A stretch of DNA of 64,000 bases, from positions 160,001-224,000 of the forward strand of contig CAVZIW010000003.1 in the NCBI GenBank assembly GCA_963775465.1, given 5' to 3'. How positions within the stretch are numbered: the stretch's first letter is position 1; each line of letters starts with the position of its first letter. The position numbers and the translations under genes are program-made. This DNA is from Candidatus Bathyarchaeota archaeon. Its GTDB lineage: Archaea > Thermoproteota > Bathyarchaeia > Bathyarchaeales > Bathycorpusculaceae. Under the pieces are notes generated by a model. That model saw only the letters and a list, made by a program, of their open reading frames with translations. It ran no database searches and was not told where the DNA came from. Of the stretch, positions 17,958 to 26,964 are shown in pieces.

Positions 17958-19061
17958 TTATTGTTTCCCCATTGGGTTTGCCCGCAGTTTTTCAAGATAT
18001 TTCGGGTCTTCTTGTAGAACTTTGGGTATGTAGTTGCATGCTGGATCTGACTCAAACAGGTCTCCTGTGTAGTATTCTGCGCGTGTTCTGCATCCGCCGC
18101 AGATTTCCCGATATTCGCAGACTCCGCATCTTCCTTTGAGGTTGTTTTTATCACGTAGTTTGAGATGGAACTCGCTTTTTTGCAAGTCTTCCCAAGCAGT
18201 GCGTAGTTTTGTATCTTTGACGTTGCCGATGCGATAGCCTTCGTGGAAGCCGCAGCTTCGGTAGTCGCCGTTTTCAGTTATTCCGATGTAGTTGCCGCCG
18301 ATGGTGCATCTGCCAAGGTAGCCTTCATTATACCAGTCCCAGAAGTCTACGGAGTTCTTTTGTCGGACAATGCGTGCGTAGAAGGGGGCGTAAACGTTGA
18401 CTTTGACTTTGCCGTAAAGTCTGCGCTGTATTTCGTATATTTCGTTGAATGCTACTTCATACTGATCAGCGGTTGGAGCTAGATCTTCCATATGTTCGCC
18501 TGCTCGACCTACTGGAACAAGGTTGTGGTATACGACTGAGCGGGCTTTGTAGTCTTCCGCTAACTTTGCGGTATGAGCCATCTGATGAATGTTATATTTA
18601 GTCATAGTTGTGACAAGACAGTCAAGTAATCCAACGCTGCTAAGTTTCTGCATTGCATTCATGGCTTTATCGTAGCCGCCTTTGCGTCTTATCTTATCAT
18701 TTGTGTCTCTTTCGCCATCAATGCTGATGGCTGTTTTAACGTTGTATTTTGTTAGTTTATTGAAGCGTTCTTCATCCCAAGCATAGCCGCTTGTGATTAA
18801 ACTAACATTAAGACCGTGCTCTTTTTCTGCATACTCAATAATCTCCCAGATGTCTGGACGAACCAGAGGCTCTCCGCCGCTGATTCCGAACCATTGTGAG
18901 CCGAAATCTGCCATTTCATCAACCATGTGTTTGGCTTGTTCAGTGGTTAATTCTTGGTCTTTAGCGTAATCTTTTATGTAACTGCAATAAGTGCAAGTGC
19001 CAACACAGTTACGTGTACACCGCCAAACAACCATAAACAACGGCGTTGTGGTTGGATTCAT
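17958..19061 (-). CDS. Radical SAM/SPASM protein, AhbC/AhbD/NirJ-like
   Basis: CVGTCTYC, SGGEPL, ISIDG and VPVGRA. SPASM cysteines in CTIGG...RSC...CGVC...CGGCR...DPAC. Confidence 0.85.
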   Translation of the reverse strand: MNPTTTPLFMVVWRCTRNCVGTCTYCSYIKDYAKDQELTTEQAKHMVDEMADFGSQWFGISGGEPLVRPDIWEIIEYAEKEHGLNVSLITSGYAWDEERFNKLTKYNVKTAISIDGERDTNDKIRRKGGYDKAMNAMQKLSSVGLLDCLVTTMTKYNIHQMAHTAKLAEDYKARSVVYHNLVPVGRAGEHMEDLAPTADQYEVAFNEIYEIQRRLYGKVKVNVYAPFYARIVRQKNSVDFWDWYNEGYLGRCTIGGNYIGITENGDYRSCGFHEGYRIGNVKDTKLRTAWEDLQKSEFHLKLRDKNNLKGRCGVCEYREICGGCRTRAEYYTGDLFESDPACNYIPKVLQEDPKYLEKLRANPMGKQ

Positions 19062-19187
19062 TTAATTCACAGGTGAGAATAGATTTGCCGTTGTGATATA
19101 AAACTTACTCTAAAAAAATAGATTTCCACTTTTTGGCAAAATCCGCAGAAAGAATGCCGGATGTACTCAAAAACCACTGTTATCAAA

Positions 19188-19643
19188 CTATTCCGTTTTT
19201 AGATTGCTTATCCGTTTACGCTGCAATAATCCTTCAACAGTGAAAACCGTCAGCGCCAAACTAGTGATAAGAGCCAAAAGCAGGAAAAAAATCTTGAACT
19301 CATAGGTTTCAATCGAAAAATGAACAAGTAAAATTGCAAGTTCAACAATTAAGATCGCTAAAAAAATCAACGAATAAAGCCACATCTTAGGCATCAAACG
19401 TTTTCCCAGCCAAATATGTCCTCTGATTCGGGCTTTCATTGCAACAATATACTCGCCGTACTCGTTTTTCTTTAAATATCCTGCGTCTTCGAGTTTTTGC
19501 AAGTGACGATATGCGACGCTGGGGCTGCTGAGGTTAACACTTTTCATGGCGTCTCGAGGCCCCACTGGGCTGTCCTTTTTTGAGGCGTACAAGTAAACGT
19601 TTAGTGTGATTCCTTGCAGTTCCTCTTTTTTGTCTCCAGTCAA
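19188..19643 (-). CDS. Membrane-anchored winged-helix transcriptional regulator (wHTH + 2 TM)
   Basis: VYLY...PVGPRD...LSSPSVAYRHLQKL..GY..KNEYGEY, then two hydrophobic helices. Divergent from the rnfD fusion. Confidence 0.78.
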   Translation of the reverse strand: MTGDKKEELQGITLNVYLYASKKDSPVGPRDAMKSVNLSSPSVAYRHLQKLEDAGYLKKNEYGEYIVAMKARIRGHIWLGKRLMPKMWLYSLIFLAILIVELAILLVHFSIETYEFKIFFLLLALITSLALTVFTVEGLLQRKRISNLKTE

Positions 19644-19883
19644 ACTAACTTTAACCTCTAGACAGAAGAATAGTTTTGCTTTTAGTCGTATTAATTTTGC
19701 CCAAGATTTCTATCTTTTTGGTTAAGCATTATGAAAGTAGCATCTGTAAATACATTCAGGTAATCACCGAGTAAACCACGCCCGTTTTCGATGTTGATAT
19801 TTAAACCTTCACTACGTTTTAGGAAAGTCTTATAAAACCTATCAGCGCTAAATTCAAACAGAAATTAAGGAGATCAATAAAAA

Positions 19884-22055
19884 ATGTCTAAACCCCAAGA
19901 ATATTCATTGATGACTAAAGATAAACTAATGATTTACACTTTTGCTGCATTGGCGATCATCGCCGCAGTAACCACCATTCTATGGTGGGACGTTTATGCA
20001 GTAGACGCAGCAACCGGTAACCAAATTGGCTGGAATTACGGTTTAACTGTTCTATTAAACAGCCTTATTGCAGTAGGACTCGCAGTCGGTATCGACGTTT
20101 TGCTGGCAAAGACAGCCTCAGACAGCCCACTCAACCTATGGTCAGCAGCAGTTTTTGGCATGATTGTTTCATTATGCTACACTATCGGCGAACCCCAGAT
20201 GCGTGCAGGTGATGTACTTCCTTTGCTTGGCCCTGACTCATTCCTATACATAACACTGATTACTATAATCGGCATGGTTGTTTTTAAGAAACTCGCAGGA
20301 CTTAAAGGCAGAAAATACCTCAACCCCGCCGCAACAGCCAAACTTGTCGTTCTAAGCATTGTTGGATTGTTCACAGTTCTAATTCCAAAAGACCATTTAA
20401 ATTCAGGCTTACTGCAGGTACCTTCACTGGCTGGACCAATCAGCTATAACGTCGTAAACGGCAACGGTGCAGCAGGCTTTGGCTTTTATCTTGCTGGATG
20501 CTTCGGAAGTCCGAACATGCCAATTCCAACGACACCTACGCAAAGCGACATATTCAATTTACTGATTCTTGATAAATTCCACGGTTGGGCAGGCGGAGCT
20601 TCAAGCATCGCTGTCATAATCGTGGGTATTGCACTGTTTGCTTTAGCTCGCAGATATATCAAATGGAGAATTACCACTGTTTACTTTGTCACTGTTGCCC
20701 TAATGTCAGTTGTCCTCAACTTTGCATATCCAGGCGGCGACTTATTACTACGACTCGGCTTTGAAATCTTCATGGGCAGTTCAATATTCCTTGCGTTCTT
20801 TATGGCAACCGATCCAGCCACTACACCTATCACGCATATGGGCCAAATAATATTCGGAGCTGGCTTAGCCGTGCTTACGGTTTTAATTCAAACATACACG
20901 GGATTCTTCGGTGGTTCAATTCTAGCGTTAGTTATAATGAACTTAACCTGTCCAATCCTTGACAAGGTCGGCAAACAAAAACCCATAGAAGGCGGAAAAG
21001 AACCAAAACTACCCAAAGGCAAAGTCTTTCCAAAAGTCAAAACAACAGCTTGTATACGATGCGGCGCTTGCATGACAATTTGCTGCAACAAACTAAGTCC
21101 GATCCTAATCAAACAAGCCCGTGACAAAAACGACTTCACAGAGCTAATGAAACTTGACGCTGACTTCTGTGCTGGATGTATGGACTGCAATTACGTTTGT
21201 CCTGCAAGAATCGACCTTAGAAGCAATATTATAAATGTTCCACTTGGCGATGAAGAAATACAATCAATTGAGCAGTCATTCCTTAGTGGTGCAGCAGATG
21301 AAAACATAGGAATTTACCAAGACATGTTCTCGGCAAAAAGCAAGTATAGTGGCCAAGACGGTGGTGTCGTAACCGCATTACTGGTTTCAGGCATGGAAAA
21401 AGGCATGTTCGACTCTGCTATAGTGGTTAGACGTAGCAAAGGTTACCTTGCAGAAGCATTTGTAGCTAAAAGCGTTGATGACATAATAAAAGCAAGCGGA
21501 ACAAAATACATGCGTGTTAGAATAATGGCACAACTAGGCGAATTAATATCGAAAGGCAAACGCAAAATTGCAATCGTGGGTATGCCTTGTGTTATACGTG
21601 CAGCAAGAAGAGTTCAACAGCAAATGTTTACTGATTGCCCAGACCTAGAACTAACTATGATTGGTCTATTCTGCTATGAAGACTTCTACTATCGAATCCT
21701 CAAATCAGAAATACAAAGACTGCTAAACATTGACTTAGATCAAGCTGAGAAGACGCAAATTAACAAAGGCAAATTCATCGTGACCATTAACGGGCAAGAG
21801 AGCTCGGTGCCAGTCAAAGATTTGAATGCAGCAGTGGAAAAAGGTTGCTTACGTTGTCCTGACTTTGCAGCGATGTATGCAGATATTTCTGTCGGTTCAG
21901 TAGGAAGCGAACAAGGCAAATCAACAGTAATTGTGCGCTCAGATGTCGGTGCAAAACTAGCACAAGGTCTTGATTTGAGTAAAGGCGCTGTCAAGAAAGA
22001 AGAAATCGTTAAATTAGCAATAAACAAGAAGAAACGTGCTCAAGAACACCAGTAA
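19884..22055 (+). CDS. Fusion of an RnfD/NqrB-like membrane domain, an RnfC-type 2x[4Fe-4S] domain and an FrhB/FpoF F420-binding domain
   Basis: RnfD-like: LNPAA, FFMATDPATTP. Fe-S: CIRCGACMTICC, CAGCMDCNYVCP. FrhB-like: QDGGVVTALL, SGTKY, VGMPC, GLFC, CLRCPDF, ADISVGSVG. AAGGAG RBS upstream. Confidence 0.85.
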   Translation: MSKPQEYSLMTKDKLMIYTFAALAIIAAVTTILWWDVYAVDAATGNQIGWNYGLTVLLNSLIAVGLAVGIDVLLAKTASDSPLNLWSAAVFGMIVSLCYTIGEPQMRAGDVLPLLGPDSFLYITLITIIGMVVFKKLAGLKGRKYLNPAATAKLVVLSIVGLFTVLIPKDHLNSGLLQVPSLAGPISYNVVNGNGAAGFGFYLAGCFGSPNMPIPTTPTQSDIFNLLILDKFHGWAGGASSIAVIIVGIALFALARRYIKWRITTVYFVTVALMSVVLNFAYPGGDLLLRLGFEIFMGSSIFLAFFMATDPATTPITHMGQIIFGAGLAVLTVLIQTYTGFFGGSILALVIMNLTCPILDKVGKQKPIEGGKEPKLPKGKVFPKVKTTACIRCGACMTICCNKLSPILIKQARDKNDFTELMKLDADFCAGCMDCNYVCPARIDLRSNIINVPLGDEEIQSIEQSFLSGAADENIGIYQDMFSAKSKYSGQDGGVVTALLVSGMEKGMFDSAIVVRRSKGYLAEAFVAKSVDDIIKASGTKYMRVRIMAQLGELISKGKRKIAIVGMPCVIRAARRVQQQMFTDCPDLELTMIGLFCYEDFYYRILKSEIQRLLNIDLDQAEKTQINKGKFIVTINGQESSVPVKDLNAAVEKGCLRCPDFAAMYADISVGSVGSEQGKSTVIVRSDVGAKLAQGLDLSKGAVKKEEIVKLAINKKKRAQEHQ

Positions 22056-22228
22056 ACACAAGAAAATTTCCCTTTTCCTTTTCTTTGTTTTTTATATTTC
22101 TTATAGAATCATCCATTTTTGCTATCCTGGTTTTGCCATGGGTCTTGGAAAATAGACTCTTTGCAGAGCGCTTGTAAGCATTAAGCTTATTAACACGCCC
22201 CAACGTAAAATAGTCCAAAGGGATAAAA

Positions 22229-22885
22229 ATGGAACAGGAAAAATTCAGAATAGTTGACATACTCTATGGCATTGTCATACCAATAATTCTAGTGCTCTTG
22301 ATTTATGTTCTCGCTGTCTATGTGAACCCAAGTGGACAAAACCATGTTCTCGGCGTTGCAGGTACAACCGGAACGATCGCTGTTATCCTATCGCAAGGCT
22401 TTGCTCAAATGATTATTCTAGGTGTTCCCTTAGTTCTTGGTTTGCTTTGGAACAAGTGGGCGGGTGGAGCAGCAGGCTTCATCATGGGCGGTCTTTATTA
22501 TGTTGCTCAGGCAGGACTCTACACAGGATACTTTGCAGGTTCAAATCCACCATACAACTACTTTGGCGATGTTAGCTTGCTTTTCTGGCTTGTAAACGGT
22601 GTCATCATCGGTTATATGGCGGGAGCACTCACTAACGGATCAACAAACTTCAAACGTATGCTAGGTGCAGGCTTAACCGCTGCAATATCAACTGCTCTTA
22701 TTCAGGCGTACATGAACTATACTGTCTCGCTTGACCCTTCGCGTGGAATGGCTCAGGGCTTATGGGCAACTGATCTAGGACAGGCTATATTGATTAATTT
22801 CGTTCCGAGCATTGCGTTAGGTGTGATTGTACCAATACTTGCAAAAGTAATGACTTGGTATGGTCTTCAACCGACAAGGCACTAA
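22229..22885 (+). CDS. ECF S-component-like membrane protein, copy 1
   Basis: About 6 TM helices in 218 aa. LGLLWNKWAGGAAGFIMG resembles S-component helices 2-3. Confidence 0.55.
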   Translation: MEQEKFRIVDILYGIVIPIILVLLIYVLAVYVNPSGQNHVLGVAGTTGTIAVILSQGFAQMIILGVPLVLGLLWNKWAGGAAGFIMGGLYYVAQAGLYTGYFAGSNPPYNYFGDVSLLFWLVNGVIIGYMAGALTNGSTNFKRMLGAGLTAAISTALIQAYMNYTVSLDPSRGMAQGLWATDLGQAILINFVPSIALGVIVPILAKVMTWYGLQPTRH

Positions 22886-24039
22886 TCTACATCTTCTTTC
22901 TTTTTTTGAGTAGGAATTATTTAAAAATTCTTATAGACTTTGGTTTTTCAAGATTAGCCTTTTAAGTAAAAAAGACATTGTTGTTCCTATTACTCCAAGT
23001 TTCTCCAACTATTGATTAATGTTTTTAACTTCCTTTGATGTATGTTTGCTGCTGGTTGTGTTTTTGCATGTTTCAAATCCTATTATTTCATTGATCGCAT
23101 GCCTTGTAAATTATCTCTTGTTTAAAAGTTCTTAATTGCTTGCTTGGATATTTTTTATCCTCGAAGGTGGTGTAAAATTATCGATTCTGCTTAAGCCATA
23201 ATTCTGTATTTCATTTAACCTACGCCTATAGTCGCCATTTCTTTTTTCCCACGCTTCCTCTATTCTTTTGATATACGGGTAAGAATCCTTTCGAAATTCA
23301 GTTGATTTATACAACATACTTAAACAGTAACGGTTAAGCTTATTACCGACTTGTGCAGAAAATAATCTTAAAGGGATAAAGAATGGAACCAGAAAGATTC
23401 AAATTAATAGACATATTATACGGCATAGTAATACCGTTCCTTCTCGCATTCTTGATTTATGTTCTCGCTGTCTATGTGAACCCAAGTGGACAAAACCATG
23501 TTCTCGGCGTTGCAGGTACAACCGGAACGATCGCTGTTATCCTATCGCAAGGCTTTGCTCAAATGATTATTCTAGGTGTTCCCTTAGTTCTTGGTTTGCT
23601 TTGGAACAAGTGGGCGGGTGGAGCAGCAGGCTTCATCATGGGCGGTCTTTATTATGTTGCTCAGGCAGGACTCTACACAGGATACTTTGCAGGTTCAAAT
23701 CCACCATACAACTACTTTGGCGATGTTAGCTTGCTTTTCTGGCTTGTAAACGGTGTCATCATCGGTTATATGGCGGGAGCACTCACTAACGGATCAACAA
23801 ACTTCAAACGTATGCTAATGGCAGGTTTAACAGCCGCAATAATAACAGCTATCATCCAGGCGTACATGAACTATACTGTCTCGCTTGACCCTTCGCGTGG
23901 AATGGCTCAGGGCTTATGGGCAACTGATCTAGGACAGGCTATATTGATTAATTTCGTTCCGAGCATTGCGTTAGGTGTGATTGTACCAATACTTGCAAAA
24001 GTAATGACTTGGTATGGTCTTCAACCGACAAGGCACTAA
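22296..24039 (+). repeat. Direct repeat with offset 1154: 22296-22663 = 23450-23817 and 22703-22885 = 23857-24039
   Basis: Nucleotide-identical tracts by direct comparison, separated by a 39-nt divergent patch. Confidence 0.92.
23383..24039 (+). CDS. ECF S-component-like membrane protein, copy 2
   Basis: Identical to copy 1 except the first ~23 codons and a 13-codon internal patch. Same AAAGGGATAAA leader. Confidence 0.55.
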   Translation: MEPERFKLIDILYGIVIPFLLAFLIYVLAVYVNPSGQNHVLGVAGTTGTIAVILSQGFAQMIILGVPLVLGLLWNKWAGGAAGFIMGGLYYVAQAGLYTGYFAGSNPPYNYFGDVSLLFWLVNGVIIGYMAGALTNGSTNFKRMLMAGLTAAIITAIIQAYMNYTVSLDPSRGMAQGLWATDLGQAILINFVPSIALGVIVPILAKVMTWYGLQPTRH

Positions 24040-24132
24040 AATATCTCTCAACCTCTTTTCTTTTTATATTTTATAATCTAAAACTGGAAATTTTTTATAT
24101 TGATCTATTAAAATTCTTGTTAAAATAAAAAA

Positions 24133-25431
24133 TTAAGTTTTAGCTTGGTTAGGAGCAAACTCCCAAGCGATATTTCCCTTCCATAGCTCACCGTTCTTAG
24201 TTAAGCGAACTTCGTTATCATCAATTTCTATTAGTCCTTGGTCCTTTAGTTTTTGCAACTGTTTCGGAAAGACCTTTTCGGGAGTGGTTTGGAATTTTTC
24301 CATAAACTCTTTTTTGCTTACTGGTAACCGCAAATATAGTCGTGTCATGGATCGGCGCATCATGTCTTCAGTTGAGGATTCAGAGAGTCTGCAAATTGGT
24401 AATTTGCCCTCTTTTACCGTTGCCATGTAATCATTGATGTTTTCTAGGTTTGAGTAAGAGAATTTTTGCAAGTAACCCATGAAGCATCCTGCGCCTGTGG
24501 TTAGGATGCCTCCCCATGGCCAACCGTTAAGGCAGTTTTCACGCATATGCCACTCCACTCTGCTGTAACGGTCGTGACCGACAGCTTTGTAACCTGCTTC
24601 TGTGAGCATCTTGTGCGCTGTTAGGAACATTTGTTTCTCGAACTCCGCGTTACCCTGTGGAGGAGACTGGCCATTTTTTATCATCTTTTCAAGAATAGTT
24701 CCTGGATCAACATGTAGCGAGTAAGCATCAACTTCTGCATCTAACTCAATTGTTTTCGTTAGTGTGTCTATCCAGCTTTCCATGGTTTGTCCGGGTAGGT
24801 TATACATAAGGTCGACACATACGACCATTCCTAGTTTTCGTGCATGTTTGATAGCTGCCTCAACGTCAGCTGCGCTATCGGGGAGGCATAGGGCTTTGCG
24901 TAATTTGTCGTCAAAAGTTTGGGCACCCATGTCCATTTGGTAGACACCATAGTCTGCTAATTTGTCGATTTTTTTAAGTGCAAGCGTCTTTGAGGATCCG
25001 GTTACTTTGATAAAGTATTCTTTACTTGTGTTAAAGTTGGCTTTGCAGAAATCGATTAAGTCGATAATCTGCTCAGCGCTTAATACGCTTGGGGTTCCAC
25101 CTCCCAAAACGATTTCGTCAAAATAGCTGGTTTTGACGTATTTGGTTTTAGCGTACATTGAAAGCTCTTTTTTAAGAAGGTCAAGGTAAGGTTCAAGTTG
25201 TACTTTACTTGAGGCTGTAGTTGGAAAATAACAGAAAGCACATCGGCTATCGCAAACAGAAATCCAGGGCTGCAACTCCATTAGTCTGCCTGAGGTGTTC
25301 TCAGTCTCCAAAAAATTCAAGAATGCATCGTATGTTTCAGGCTTTATGCCTGGGTAATCCCTGTAGGTGTACGGAGGCCAGTTTTCTCTGGATTCATATG
25401 CTTCTGCTTTTGATTGGGAAGCTATTGTCAA
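24133..25431 (-). CDS. HemN-like (class C type) radical SAM protein
   Basis: CDSRCAFCYF, GGGTPS, MGAQTFDD, DLMYNLPGQT, GAG and a HemN C-terminal VRLTKNG. Confidence 0.85.
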   Translation of the reverse strand: MTIASQSKAEAYESRENWPPYTYRDYPGIKPETYDAFLNFLETENTSGRLMELQPWISVCDSRCAFCYFPTTASSKVQLEPYLDLLKKELSMYAKTKYVKTSYFDEIVLGGGTPSVLSAEQIIDLIDFCKANFNTSKEYFIKVTGSSKTLALKKIDKLADYGVYQMDMGAQTFDDKLRKALCLPDSAADVEAAIKHARKLGMVVCVDLMYNLPGQTMESWIDTLTKTIELDAEVDAYSLHVDPGTILEKMIKNGQSPPQGNAEFEKQMFLTAHKMLTEAGYKAVGHDRYSRVEWHMRENCLNGWPWGGILTTGAGCFMGYLQKFSYSNLENINDYMATVKEGKLPICRLSESSTEDMMRRSMTRLYLRLPVSKKEFMEKFQTTPEKVFPKQLQKLKDQGLIEIDDNEVRLTKNGELWKGNIAWEFAPNQAKT

Positions 25432-25544
25432 TTACGTTTCCTCTGTGATTGTGGTTCTAAACCGTTCGTTGACATAATAAAGTTTCCGCAAAAAATCTAT
25501 CAAGCCCAATAATGGCTTTATTTAATCAAGATTCAAAAAAATTG

Positions 25545-26948
25545 TTAGACACGAGCTTTTGCTCGCCAAAGCATATAGTTCGCGGCGGTTCGCGTCATTA
25601 TCTTGCTATATAAGTTGCCTTTGATGTAACCTTTTACTGCTTGACGCATTACGTAACGTGGTGAGTAAAATTTGTTGTAGAATGTTCTTCTCATTGCCGC
25701 TATTTCTTTGGCTGGGAGAGCTGGATCTTCGAAGATGGGGTTCATAGTATTGTACAGTTCCCAATTATCTGACATCTTCCATCCATAGCTCTTAACTAAA
25801 TCACGAAGATAGGTGCCTGGATATGGCGTTGCATGGCAAAGCCAAACGTCGTCGGGTTCTAGTTTGCGAGCAAAATCTAGTGTTTCTTGCAATGATTCTT
25901 TGGTTTCACCGGGATATCCTAAAATGACTGAGACGGTTACGAACATGCCTGCTTCTTTAGCCCATTTAATTGCGTTCCAACACTGCTCGTTCGTGACTCC
26001 TTTTTTCAGGACAGCCCGCATTCGTTGGCAACCAGATTCGATTCCGAACATAGTCTCATTGCAGTGGGCTTTCGCCATTTTTGCTAGGACTTCTTTTGTT
26101 ACCACGTCTGCACGGGTTCCGCAACCCCAAGGCAAATTGATTTTTCTTTCAATTATGCCATCACATATTTCAGTGGCACGTCTCTTGTCGAAAGTTAAAG
26201 TGTCATCTTGGAAAGCTATCCCTTCAGCTCCATATTCATCTCTTAGCCACTCAAGCTCGTCCAGAACGTTTTTTGAGCTTCTCATTCGGAATCTCTGGCC
26301 AAACATTTGTGAGGCGACACAGAAGGAACATTGAAAAGGGCAACCTCTGCTCGTTATAATTGGTAGAAGAGTCTTACCTGTGATTCTGTATTTTTCCATG
26401 GGAACGTATTTGTAAGCTGGACGTGGAAGAGAATCAAGGTCTTGAATAAAGGGCCTATTGACTGTTTGAATTATTTGGTTTTCTTTTCGAAAACTTATAC
26501 CTTTGACGTCACCTAGTTTTTGCATGTTTGGCGCTTGTTTGGCGAGTTCAACGATTGTTTCTTCCCCTTCTCCTCTAACGATTATGTCGACTGCTTTTTC
26601 GTCAATAAGAATTTCTCTATCTGCAAAAGTCGCGTGAGGTCCTCCCATTAAGACTTTGGCGTCTGGGCAGACTTCCTTGGCTACCTGCGCCGATTTAAGA
26701 GCTGAAACAATGGTGGGTGTCATAGATCCTATGCCTACTATAGTAGGATCATAAGCTGCAAGTTCAGCTTTGAGTTTTTCATGGTCTATTTGGCACACTG
26801 GGCAATCGATTATTTTGACTTCAAAATCATTCTGCTCTAAAACAGCCCCCATGTAAGCTAAGCCGAGAGGTGGAAAAAGCGGGTGATGAGCAACATTCTC
26901 TAAGAGTGGTGTAGTTACCAAAGCAACTTTGGTTTTTTTAGTGCTCAT
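25545..26948 (-). CDS. Cobalamin-dependent (class B) radical SAM protein #3
   Basis: PPLGLAYM, GGPHATF, GEGE, SRGCPFQCSFC, GIESG and GYPGET. Confidence 0.92.
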   Translation of the reverse strand: MSTKKTKVALVTTPLLENVAHHPLFPPLGLAYMGAVLEQNDFEVKIIDCPVCQIDHEKLKAELAAYDPTIVGIGSMTPTIVSALKSAQVAKEVCPDAKVLMGGPHATFADREILIDEKAVDIIVRGEGEETIVELAKQAPNMQKLGDVKGISFRKENQIIQTVNRPFIQDLDSLPRPAYKYVPMEKYRITGKTLLPIITSRGCPFQCSFCVASQMFGQRFRMRSSKNVLDELEWLRDEYGAEGIAFQDDTLTFDKRRATEICDGIIERKINLPWGCGTRADVVTKEVLAKMAKAHCNETMFGIESGCQRMRAVLKKGVTNEQCWNAIKWAKEAGMFVTVSVILGYPGETKESLQETLDFARKLEPDDVWLCHATPYPGTYLRDLVKSYGWKMSDNWELYNTMNPIFEDPALPAKEIAAMRRTFYNKFYSPRYVMRQAVKGYIKGNLYSKIMTRTAANYMLWRAKARV

Positions 26949-26964
26949 CCCTTTTTACCTTTAC

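Noticed and set aside
17625-18154. ORFs 17625..17912 (+) and 17894..18154 (-)
   Set aside because: No recognisable motifs. They are an AT-rich intergenic frame and an alternate frame of the radical SAM gene.
22940-23317. 61-aa minus-strand ORF between the duplicated genes as a transposase remnant or precursor peptide
   Set aside because: No transposase motif, terminal inverted repeats or target duplication seen. It may be a decayed gene but cannot be assigned.
24133-25431. Calling this hemN (coproporphyrinogen III oxidase)
   Set aside because: Only family-level motifs are visible, there is no haem-pathway context, and HemN-like proteins are functionally diverse.
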